From Bacteroidota bacterium (GTDB taxonomy: Bacteria; Bacteroidota; Bacteroidia; UBA7662): a DNA stretch of 41,233 nt. Location of the stretch: assembly GCA_016868485.1 (NCBI GenBank), contig VGGT01000002.1:1-41233 (forward strand), given 5' to 3'. The position numbers and the translations under genes were made by a program. The notes under the pieces were generated by a model. It saw only the letters and a program-made list of their open reading frames with translations, was not told the origin of the DNA and searched no databases. This document shows positions 1-7,473 of this stretch, piece by piece. Every line of letters begins with the position of its first letter. Position 1 is the first letter of the stretch.

Positions 1-1105
1 GCCGAATCAAATCACTGAGGAAATACATGGCATTTTTCCAGCTGAGCTCAACGATCTTCTTTTTCTCGCCTTGCCTCGGCACCTGGATATCAAGATCAGC
101 CGGTAGACCCTCTACCGCGCGATTCAACAGCAGACGTTTGCTTTCACTGGAGTAGCGGTTGCGGAGTTCTACGATGCCGTACAACAACAGGGTCGCTTCA
201 TCCTCATCGAGGCGGCGCGCGATTTCGAGGTTATGGCTGATCACAATGCGCCCTTGTTGCATGTGTAGAAAATTAACGACGGCCGTATCGTCTTTCATCG
301 CCACACTGAACACATCGGTCTCGGTGATGTCGTGATGCACCACGGACGATTTGGCCTGATACTGCTCGAGCAACTCCATTTTCTTCTTCACGCGTGCAGC
401 TTGCTCGAACCGAAGGTCGGCGGCATGCTGCTTCATTTCATCGCGCAATAAAGCTGCGGCTTTTTGATACTGACCCTTTAAAATAAGACGAATGGCATCG
501 ATCTGTTCCAGGTAGGACTCCTCCGATTGTCGGCCTTCGCATGGGGCGAGGCAATTGCCAATTTGGTATTCGAGGCAGGCGCGGAACTTGCCTCGGGCAA
601 TAGAAAGGGGCGTGAGCGGGAGGCTGCATGTTCGAAGTGGGTAGATGCGGCGCACCAATTCGAGCATGGTGCGCATAGCCAAAACCGAGGGAAATGGACC
701 CAGGTACGTACTGCCGTCGCGCAGGAGGCGGCGGGTCGGGAAAATCCGGGGGAAATGCTCGTTGCGAATCACCAGGTAGGGATACGACTTATCATCCTTA
801 AGTCGAATGTTGTAGCGCGGTTGGTAGGTTTTGATCAGTGAGTTCTCCAACAGAAGCGCGTCCATCTCCGTTTCCGTGAGGGTGAAATCGATGCGGGCGA
901 TGCGGTCGATCATCATCCTCAGACGCCCTTCGCGTTGAAGATCCGGACGGAAATAGCTGGAAACACGCTTGCGCAGATTTTTCGCCTTGCCCACATAGAG
1001 CAGCAGTTCCGATCGATCGTAATACCGGTAAACGCCCGGACTCTCGGGTAAAACGATTTCTAATTGACGGAATTCCTCGGGGCGCACCCGACAAAAATAA
1101 GGCAC
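1..1105 (-). CDS. uvrC: Excinuclease ABC subunit C (UvrC), N-terminal ~368 codons; runs off the left edge of the window
   Basis: Absent from the ORF track because it is truncated by the window edge. Hand translation of the minus strand gives ...LPESPGVYRYYDRSELLLYVGKAKNLRKRVSSYFRPD... (the GIY-YIG motif of UvrC). The frame stays open to base 1, ending ...KIVELSWKNAMYFLSDLIR. Start assigned to GTG at 1105-1103; GTG at 1087 is an alternative. Confidence 0.85.
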   Translation of the reverse strand, partial: MPYFCRVRPEEFRQLEIVLPESPGVYRYYDRSELLLYVGKAKNLRKRVSSYFRPDLQREGRLRMMIDRIARIDFTLTETEMDALLLENSLIKTYQPRYNIRLKDDKSYPYLVIRNEHFPRIFPTRRLLRDGSTYLGPFPSVLAMRTMLELVRRIYPLRTCSLPLTPLSIARGKFRACLEYQIGNCLAPCEGRQSEESYLEQIDAIRLILKGQYQKAAALLRDEMKQHAADLRFEQAARVKKKMELLEQYQAKSSVVHHDITETDVFSVAMKDDTAVVNFLHMQQGRIVISHNLEIARRLDEDEATLLLYGIVELRNRYSSESKRLLLNRAVEGLPADLDIQVPRQGEKKKIVELSWKNAMYFLSDLIR

Positions 1106-1159
1106 AACTTTATTCTCTTTTTTTTGTTTTATAATTTCGGTCCATTAAAAGGCAATCAG

Positions 1160-1167
1160 TAGCTTTG
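1160..1167 (+). promoter_or_regulatory. Candidate Bacteroidota -7 promoter box (TAGCTTTG) for the shikimate operon
   Basis: Exact match to the TAnnTTTG consensus, about 105 nt upstream of ATG 1272. No convincing -33 TTG at the usual spacing. Confidence 0.3.
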
Positions 1168-1174
1168 TCTTACG

Positions 1175-1274
1175 CTAACCCATGAACACACTAACCCATA
1201 AACACACTAACCCATAAACGCTTCGACCCGAGTCCAAATCGCCCCGAGTCCAAATCACCCTGAGCCAAAATATG
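1175..1274 (+). repeat. Two adjacent 16-bp x3 tandem arrays: (CTAACCCATAAACACA)x3 at 1175-1222 and (CCCGAGTCCAAATCRC)x3 at 1227-1274
   Basis: Read directly from the sequence. The last unit, CCTGAGCCAAAATATG, contains the ATG of the DAHP synthase gene. The arrays are G-poor on the + strand (about 10 G in 97 nt by hand count). Confidence 0.9.
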
Positions 1275-2354
1275 ATTCATAAGTCAGCCTGGAACAAGCA
1301 CAACCGACAAATGCTCATCGCGGGTCCGTGTAGTGCCGAATCGCCGCAACAATTTTCAGAAAGCATACAAGGAATCTTGCCTGCGCAGCCTGATTTGATT
1401 CGCGCGGGCATTTGGAAACCACGTACCAAGCCTGGGCATTTTGAGGGCTTAGGGGCATCCGCGCTCGGGTGGACACACGAAATAGCCCAGCAGTTTGGTG
1501 TTCCATTGATGGTTGAAGTGGGCTCGGCTGAGCATGTAGAACAGGTCTTGGAGGCCGGAATTCGTCATGTATGGATCGGGGCGCGTACCACAGTGAATCC
1601 ATTTATGGTCCAGGAAATCGCTACCGCACTGGAAGGCAGCGCAATAGCCGTTCTGGTCAAAAATCCGGTGAGTCCAGATATTGAACTGTGGTCGGGAGCC
1701 ATCGAGCGGCTGTCTAAAGCCGGAATTGAACAACTTGGCGCAGTGCACCGGGGGTTCACGGGTTATGGCCGTACCTTGTACCGCAACCATCCCTCTTGGG
1801 AAATCCCCATTGAGCTGAGGCGCCGATATCCCAATATGCTCATCCTATGTGATCCCAGCCACATCTCGGGCGATCGCCTACTCGTGCCGGAAGTGGCGCA
1901 AATGGCACTTGATTTGGAGTTCGACGGGTTGATGGTGGAGTCGCACGTAAGCCCGGATTCGGCTCTTTCCGACGCCAAACAGCAACTCACCCCTCAGGCA
2001 CTGTTGGATATGCTTGCGCGCCTGGTACACCGTAATCTCCAAAGCACCGATGGGGTGGTGAATGCGCGGCTCGAGCAACTTCGTGCGCAGATCGACGGGG
2101 TTGATGCCCAAATCATTTCGCTGCTTCAAAAGCGAATGATGCTGGTGGATGATATTGGATCGGTTAAGGAAGAATTCGACATCACCATTTTGCAACACGA
2201 TAGGTGGACGGAAATTTTGAAAACCCGACAAGCGTGGGCAACCCAACTGAACCCCGATTTTGTGCAGCAAATGTTGTTTCTTATCCACCAGGAAAGCATC
2301 GATCGACAGGCTGAACGTTTTCGGCATGCCCGCGCAACCGAACTTCTCGAATAA
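1272..2354 (+). CDS. Bifunctional 3-deoxy-7-phosphoheptulonate (DAHP) synthase, type I-beta, with a C-terminal AroQ chorismate mutase
   Basis: 360 aa. The N-terminal ~260 aa have a KDO8PS/DAHPS I-beta-like TIM barrel (...AGPCSAES...IRAGIWKPRT.PG.FEG...CDPSHISG...). The C-terminal ~90 aa are a type II chorismate mutase (LEQLRAQIDGVDAQIISLLQKRMMLVDDIGSVKEE...). It heads an aroB-aroA-aroC cluster. Confidence 0.88.
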   Translation: MIHKSAWNKHNRQMLIAGPCSAESPQQFSESIQGILPAQPDLIRAGIWKPRTKPGHFEGLGASALGWTHEIAQQFGVPLMVEVGSAEHVEQVLEAGIRHVWIGARTTVNPFMVQEIATALEGSAIAVLVKNPVSPDIELWSGAIERLSKAGIEQLGAVHRGFTGYGRTLYRNHPSWEIPIELRRRYPNMLILCDPSHISGDRLLVPEVAQMALDLEFDGLMVESHVSPDSALSDAKQQLTPQALLDMLARLVHRNLQSTDGVVNARLEQLRAQIDGVDAQIISLLQKRMMLVDDIGSVKEEFDITILQHDRWTEILKTRQAWATQLNPDFVQQMLFLIHQESIDRQAERFRHARATELLE

Positions 2355-2374
2355 GAATTCGGTCAAAATCGCTT

Positions 2375-2412
2375 CAAACCCCTCGAACCCCTCGAAACCC
2401 TCGAAACCCTCG
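2375..2412 (+). repeat. 9-11 bp tandem repeat (CAAACCCCTCG / AACCCCTCG / AAACCCTCG x2)
   Basis: Read directly. It lies in the 67-bp spacer between the DAHPS-CM stop (2354) and the aroB ATG (2422). Confidence 0.85.
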
Positions 2413-2421
2413 ATTAAGGAA

Positions 2422-3474
2422 ATGGTTGCCCGATACTATACGCTTCACCCGCTGATTCAGCCGAAAAACACGGTAGAATGGATCATTAAATGGCGCAATA
2501 AGGAGGAGCTGGAGCAATTGGTCGTTTTTTGCGACAGCAATACCCGATACCTGGCTCAGCCGCTGGCGGAAGCCGTCGACGCCTTGTGCTTGGAAGTGCC
2601 AGCCGGCGAGGAAAATAAAAACCTACAGCAGGCCGAACGACTGTGGCAGGCACTGCGCACGGCAGAAGCGAGTCGCAAAACAGGATGGATCAATGTTGGC
2701 GGCGGGATGGTATGCGATTTGGGTGGATTTGTGGCCTCCAACTACATGCGAGGCATTCCATTGGTGCACATCCCCACCACATTATTGGCGCAAATCGACG
2801 CAGCGCTGTGTGGAAAAACCGCCGTCAACATGGGCCCGTGGAAAAACCAAATCGGGACGTATTACCTTCCGGAGGCGGTGCTGCTTGATTCAGCGATGCT
2901 CAAGAACCTACCGGCGGAGGAGGTGCTTAATGGCAAGGCGGAGATGTTCAAGCACGGACTCATCGAGGACGTTGGGCTCATCGATTATCTGGAAAAGCTA
3001 CCCCCCAATACGATGCCGGGGCTCGGGTGGGTTCGGCGTGCAGCAGAGGTTAAAATGTACTGGGCAGGTGTCGATCCGCACGAAAAAAGCCACCGCAAGA
3101 TTTTGAACACCGGCCATACGGTGGCGCATGCCCTGGAGGCCTGGTACCTCGCTCAAGGTCAAACCATACCGCATGGTCAAGCCGTTTGGGCCGGGCTCAT
3201 GGCGGAAGGCTGGCTGGCTGTGCAGGCCGGATTGGTGACCGAGGAGGGTGCATTGGTGTGGATGTTGGACATTCCGCGCTTCGTGACACCCAGAAATTGG
3301 CCCAAGACAGCCGATTGGTTGCCCTGGATGGCCGCCGATAAAAAGAATAAGGCGGGTAAAATCGGATTCAGTCTGCCTACCTATCCAGGAAATTGCCTCA
3401 CCGATCAGTACCTCAGTCCAAAAGAAGTCGGCATTCTGCTGAGAAAGTTTGATCTCAACACATGGCTGAGCTGA
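2422..3474 (+). CDS. aroB: 3-dehydroquinate synthase
   Basis: ORF 2260..3474 trimmed to ATG 2422 (MVARYYTLHP...), giving 350 aa, the normal length. The upstream part of the ORF overlaps the previous gene and the repeat array. Motifs: GGG.V.DL.GF.A, LAQIDAA.GGKT-like, FKHGLI, LN.GHT..HALE. Confidence 0.88.
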   Translation: MVARYYTLHPLIQPKNTVEWIIKWRNKEELEQLVVFCDSNTRYLAQPLAEAVDALCLEVPAGEENKNLQQAERLWQALRTAEASRKTGWINVGGGMVCDLGGFVASNYMRGIPLVHIPTTLLAQIDAALCGKTAVNMGPWKNQIGTYYLPEAVLLDSAMLKNLPAEEVLNGKAEMFKHGLIEDVGLIDYLEKLPPNTMPGLGWVRRAAEVKMYWAGVDPHEKSHRKILNTGHTVAHALEAWYLAQGQTIPHGQAVWAGLMAEGWLAVQAGLVTEEGALVWMLDIPRFVTPRNWPKTADWLPWMAADKKNKAGKIGFSLPTYPGNCLTDQYLSPKEVGILLRKFDLNTWLS

Positions 3475-4874
3475 GTTTGCCTGTTGGCCGGGTACCCCAA
3501 TTCAAAGGCGAGGTGGAGGTGCCGGGTTCAAAAAGCATCAGCAACCGCTTGCTTCTGATGAATTACCTGGCGGGCGATCCGCTGGCCAGTATTCGGGGAT
3601 TATCGACCGCCGGCGACACCCTGCGCATGCAAAGCGTATTGGCCGCTCTTAAGTTGCCCCATTCCGATGGGGAAGTTGGTGTTGGGGATGCGGGTACCGT
3701 CATGCGGTTTGTGTTGCCGTTGCTTTGCCTCACCCCAGGTACGCACCACATGACCGGCACCGAACGCGCCCACGAGCGCCCGATTGGTCCGCTCGTCGAC
3801 GCCCTTCGCCTTTTAGGTGCTCAAATTCAATACCTGGGACGTGCGGGATGCCTCCCCCTAAAGATTGAAGGGGGCACAGCATTGAGGATGCCCGACGGCC
3901 TCGATGCTTTACCCATCGATGCCGGCATGAGCTCACAATTTGTATCGGCTTTGATGATGCTGGCGCCCTGCATCGAGGGCGGCCTGCGCTTAAGGATGAT
4001 CGCCCGTGCCGTTTCTCGACCCTATCTCCGGCTTACACGCGATCTGATGCGCGAATGGGGCGTTCCGATAGAATTCATCCATGAAAATAACATCAATATT
4101 CCTCAGTGTACATACCATCCGCCCGCAAGGGTGGAGGTCGAACCCGATTGGTCGTCGGCGGCCTACTGGCTCGCATGGACGGCCCTCATGCCTCAATCGG
4201 AGTTGTTTGTGCCGAATTTAAAACGCGGCAGCGTGCAAGCCGATGCCATCTGTGTCGACGCTTTCGCGGATCTCGGTGTTCACGCTATAGAAAGGGATGG
4301 CGGACTTTTACTGAGCAATTGTCCGATGAAGATGCCTTATGCATCAACCGATCAAACGAAAAATATGATGTCTTGTGCATCGACCGATCAAACGAAAAAT
4401 CCGATGTCTGCGGAATGGCTCAAGTATGCCGACCCTGGTTCATCAACCTTCAAGCCAGGCGAGGGGCATTCAACCCTCCATTTCAGCGGGCTAGATTCCC
4501 CCGATCTCATACCAACGGCCATGGTTTTATGTGCCTTAAAAGGCCGAGCGGCCCGGTTCACGGAACTCGAAACCCTTCGTGAGAAGGAAAGCGACCGCTT
4601 AGGTGGTTTGATGCATGGTTTACGTTCGTTAGGTGCCCGGATTGATGAAAGAGAACCAGGATCCTATAGGTTGATGCAGGGCATCCCCCAAGCGAGCACT
4701 CAAGGTCAGGTTTACGATTTACATACGCAGGGCGACCACCGAATGGCCATGGCGTTTAGCCTGCTCGCAAGCCACGGATATGGGGTCCGCCCGGATCGCC
4801 CCGAAGTGGTGGGCAAATCGTACCCCGGCTACTGGCATGCATTGGAACGACTGGGGATGCGTTGGCAGCCTTAA
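3462..4874 (+). CDS. aroA: 3-phosphoshikimate 1-carboxyvinyltransferase (EPSP synthase) carrying an internal insertion
   Basis: 470 aa. Contains VPGSKSISNR.LL, SSQFVSALMM, SPDLIPT and LREKESDR motifs. Overlaps the aroB stop by 13 nt. Residues ~285-340 form an extra low-complexity segment containing a 12-aa duplication. Confidence 0.9.
   Translation: MAELSLPVGRVPQFKGEVEVPGSKSISNRLLLMNYLAGDPLASIRGLSTAGDTLRMQSVLAALKLPHSDGEVGVGDAGTVMRFVLPLLCLTPGTHHMTGTERAHERPIGPLVDALRLLGAQIQYLGRAGCLPLKIEGGTALRMPDGLDALPIDAGMSSQFVSALMMLAPCIEGGLRLRMIARAVSRPYLRLTRDLMREWGVPIEFIHENNINIPQCTYHPPARVEVEPDWSSAAYWLAWTALMPQSELFVPNLKRGSVQADAICVDAFADLGVHAIERDGGLLLSNCPMKMPYASTDQTKNMMSCASTDQTKNPMSAEWLKYADPGSSTFKPGEGHSTLHFSGLDSPDLIPTAMVLCALKGRAARFTELETLREKESDRLGGLMHGLRSLGARIDEREPGSYRLMQGIPQASTQGQVYDLHTQGDHRMAMAFSLLASHGYGVRPDRPEVVGKSYPGYWHALERLGMRWQP
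4340..4411 (+). repeat. In-frame 36-bp x2 tandem duplication inside aroA
   Basis: TGCATCAACCGATCAAACGAAAAATATGATGTCTTG followed by TGCATCGACCGATCAAACGAAAAATCCGATGTCTGC. Encodes ...ASTDQTKNMMSC / ASTDQTKNPMSA... Confidence 0.9.
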
Positions 4875-4923
4875 ACCTTATATTTGTCGTTTTGAGTCGA
4901 CACAGCACCAAGGCACGGCCTCA

Positions 4924-6003
4924 ATGTCCGGTAATTCGATAGGAAGTTTATTTCGGGTAACCACCTGGGGCGAATCGCACGGCCCAGCCATCGGTGCTGT
5001 CATTGATGGTTGCCCAGCCGGTCTGACCATAGATCCGGTTTTCATTGCCCAGCAATTGGCCAGAAGGAGACCTGGACAAAGCGATTTGGCCAGTCCACGC
5101 CAAGAATTAGACGAATGTGCGGTACTTTCAGGTGTCTTCGAAGGGGTGAGTCTGGGTACCCCGATTTCTTTGTTGATTAATAATACCAACCAGCGACCGG
5201 TCGATTATGAGCATCTGCGCGACGTATACCGACCTTCTCATGCCGATTATACCTATGAGGCGCGATACGGAATTCGCGATCATCGAGGAGGAGGGCGCAG
5301 TTCTGCCCGTGAAACGGCCGCGCGTGTGGCCGCCGGAGCCGTGGCACAGCTTTTTCTACGCACATTAACGGTTCAAATTCATGCCTTTGTTTCAAGAATC
5401 GGTGCGATTACGCTGGATGTGCCGTATCAGGATCTTGACATGCGAACGGCAGCCGATTCGGTGGTCGGTTGCCCGCATCCGGCTACCGCCCAACGAATGG
5501 CCGACCACATTGCCGAGGTAAAAGAAGAAGCTGATTCACTCGGGGGTATCATTCGTTGTGTCGTTCAGGGTGTGCCTGCGGGTTGGGGCGACCCGGTTTT
5601 TGACCGCCTGGAAGCCGATTTGGGTAAGGCCATACTGTCGATCAATGCGGTCAAGGGAGTTTCGTTTGGTGCTGGTTTCGAAGCCGCGAGGGGTAAGGGA
5701 TCTGAATATAATGACACCTATTCCATGATCGACGGGAAAGTCATATCGGTCACGAACCACTCAGGGGGCATCCAAGGAGGCATAAGCAATGGGACCGACC
5801 TCATTATGGATGTGGCATTCAAACCCGTTTCTTCCATTCCAAGGAAGCAGAATACAATTGACCGACAGGGCAATCCCATCGAATTGGCGATCGGCGGACG
5901 CCACGACCCCTGTGTCGTTCCGCGTGCCTTGCCCATCGTTGAAGCCATGACCGCCCTTGTTTTGGCCGATCACGCGCTGCGTGCGCGCACTGCAAGAATT
6001 TGA
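4924..6003 (+). CDS. aroC: Chorismate synthase
   Basis: ORF 4780..6003 trimmed to ATG 4924 (MSGNSIGSLFRVTTWGESHGPAIG...). The upstream ORF extension overlaps aroA. Motifs: RRPGQS, RPSHAD.TY, GGGRSSARETA, GG.HDPCVVPRA. Confidence 0.9.
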   Translation: MSGNSIGSLFRVTTWGESHGPAIGAVIDGCPAGLTIDPVFIAQQLARRRPGQSDLASPRQELDECAVLSGVFEGVSLGTPISLLINNTNQRPVDYEHLRDVYRPSHADYTYEARYGIRDHRGGGRSSARETAARVAAGAVAQLFLRTLTVQIHAFVSRIGAITLDVPYQDLDMRTAADSVVGCPHPATAQRMADHIAEVKEEADSLGGIIRCVVQGVPAGWGDPVFDRLEADLGKAILSINAVKGVSFGAGFEAARGKGSEYNDTYSMIDGKVISVTNHSGGIQGGISNGTDLIMDVAFKPVSSIPRKQNTIDRQGNPIELAIGGRHDPCVVPRALPIVEAMTALVLADHALRARTARI

Positions 6004-6025
6004 ATCATCAACCCATACTCCAGAC

Positions 6026-7366
6026 ATGTCAACCCCAATAGAAAGCAAATCTCCAGTGGAGCATCAAAAGTCCCGAGGCTTTCCCATGCATCTTCAGATC
6101 CTAACCGGTTTGTTGCTGGGGGTGTTGTTCGGGATTGGATCGAGTGCAATCGGTTGGAATGATTGGGTGGTCGATTGGGTGAAGCCTTTTGGAACGCTTT
6201 TCGTGAATTTGTTGAAGCTCATTGCCGCTCCATTGGTGCTGGCCTCTCTGGTGGTGGGGGTTTCGGGCCTGTCGGATGTGGGCAAGTTGTCGCGGCTTGG
6301 AGGACGGACCATAGCCCTGTATATGTCCACTACTGTTCTGGCCATCAGCATTGGTTTATTGGTGGTGAATTGGGCGCAACCGGGTCAGTACATTACCCCA
6401 GAGCAACGCGATGCACTGAAGGAACGGTTTTCTAGTCAGGCCGCAAGCAAGGCCGAAACGGCCAAGCAGGTAACCGAGCAGAGTCCGCTTCAGCCCCTGG
6501 TCGACACCGTACCCTCCAATATTTTCGATGCGCTCACCGACAACACCCAAATGTTGCAGGTCGTGTTTTTTGCCCTGTTTTTTGGCATAGGTATTATTCT
6601 TCTGCCCCGACAAAAAACGGTTGTTGTACGCGACTTCTTCGAGTCGGTCAATGAGATCATCCTCAAATTGGTGGAAGTGATTATGAAAGGTGCCCCATTG
6701 GGCGTATTCGCTTTATTGGCGTCGCTGGTGGCCGACTTTGCAGGAGACGACCCTCGTGCTGCCCTCGAATTGCTCAAGGCGCTGGGTGCTTACGCGCTGA
6801 CTGTGGTTGCCGGACTCGCGGTGGTGTTGTTTGTGGTTTATCCTATTTTTCTCTGGCTCGGCGCTCGGTATCCGACCGCTGACTTTTTTAGGGGGATGGT
6901 ACCCGCTCAATTATTGGCATTTTCGACGAGTTCGAGCAATGCAACGCTGCCAGTTACCCTAGAGCGGGTCGAGCAAAATCTGGGGGTGTCGGGCGAGGTG
7001 GCCGGTTTCGTTTTGCCTTTGGGTGCAACCATCAATATGGACGGTACCAGCCTTTATCAAGCTGTGGCAACCGTTTTTATCGCCCAAGCATTTGGTATTC
7101 CCCTCGACTGGGGCGATCAGTTGACGATTGTGCTCACGGCTACATTGGCCTCAATCGGCTCCGCTGGGGTTCCGGGCGCTGGCATGGTCATGCTGGTGGT
7201 GGTTCTGGAATCGGTCGGTCTCGATCCCGCAGGTATTGCCCTCATTATGGCGGTCGATCGCATCTTGGATATGGCCAGAACGGTGGTCAATGTGAGTGGT
7301 GATGCTATGGTAGCTGTATTGGTGGCCCGTAGATCGAACGATTTATCTGTTCTGCCATCAAAATGA
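6026..7366 (+). CDS. Dicarboxylate/amino acid:cation symporter (DAACS/GltP family)
   Basis: Multi-pass membrane protein with FSTSSSNATLPVT, the reentrant-loop motif GATINMDGT and the tail ...DR.LDM.RT.VNV.GD. Start set to ATG 6026, beyond the aroC stop; ATG 6086 (MHLQIL...) is an alternative. Confidence 0.85.
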   Translation: MSTPIESKSPVEHQKSRGFPMHLQILTGLLLGVLFGIGSSAIGWNDWVVDWVKPFGTLFVNLLKLIAAPLVLASLVVGVSGLSDVGKLSRLGGRTIALYMSTTVLAISIGLLVVNWAQPGQYITPEQRDALKERFSSQAASKAETAKQVTEQSPLQPLVDTVPSNIFDALTDNTQMLQVVFFALFFGIGIILLPRQKTVVVRDFFESVNEIILKLVEVIMKGAPLGVFALLASLVADFAGDDPRAALELLKALGAYALTVVAGLAVVLFVVYPIFLWLGARYPTADFFRGMVPAQLLAFSTSSSNATLPVTLERVEQNLGVSGEVAGFVLPLGATINMDGTSLYQAVATVFIAQAFGIPLDWGDQLTIVLTATLASIGSAGVPGAGMVMLVVVLESVGLDPAGIALIMAVDRILDMARTVVNVSGDAMVAVLVARRSNDLSVLPSK

Positions 7367-7405
7367 TGCCCAGAATCTCTGCATTGATGCCCAGAATCTC
7401 CGCGA
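7364..7405 (+). repeat. 21-bp x2 tandem duplication that begins with the symporter stop codon
   Basis: TGATGCCCAGAATCTCTGCAT followed by TGATGCCCAGAATCTCCGCGA. The second TGA is in frame with the first, 7 codons downstream. Confidence 0.9.
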
Positions 7406-7473
7406 TTTTCTTTATTCATTATTTTTTCGTACCTTCGCCCCGCCTTAAACCCAGGCAGGAAGGAATTTAATTA

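Noticed and set aside
1175-1222. A CTAACCC core resembling eukaryotic telomere repeats (CCCTAA).
   Set aside because: The match covers only 7 nt within a 16-nt unit in a bacterial intergenic region. The resemblance is almost certainly coincidental.
1227-1274. GAG triplets recurring in the aro leader repeats, considered as TRAP-like RNA-binding sites.
   Set aside because: The triplets are 16 nt apart, whereas TRAP sites need 2-3-nt spacers and about 9-11 triplets. No TRAP (mtrB) system is known or seen in this context.
1878-2366. A 162-aa antisense ORF over the chorismate mutase domain and the DAHPS 3' half.
   Set aside because: Same reasoning as above. The sense frame carries the conserved domains, and the antisense product is low-complexity with no motif.
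2260-2421. Long 5' extensions of ORF-track entries: aroB from 2260, aroC from 4780, the symporter from 5957, pyrF from 14004, xseA to 12806, the regulator to 31002, pcm to 35272 and coaD to 41223.
   Set aside because: The extensions overlap the preceding gene or simply translate repeat arrays or promoter boxes. Internal ATG or GTG starts give canonical lengths and N-terminal motifs.
4106-4582. A 158-aa alternative-frame ORF within aroA spanning the insertion.
   Set aside because: It is Arg/Cys-rich off-frame product. The aroA frame is continuous across the insertion and resumes conserved motifs (SPDLIPT, KESDR).
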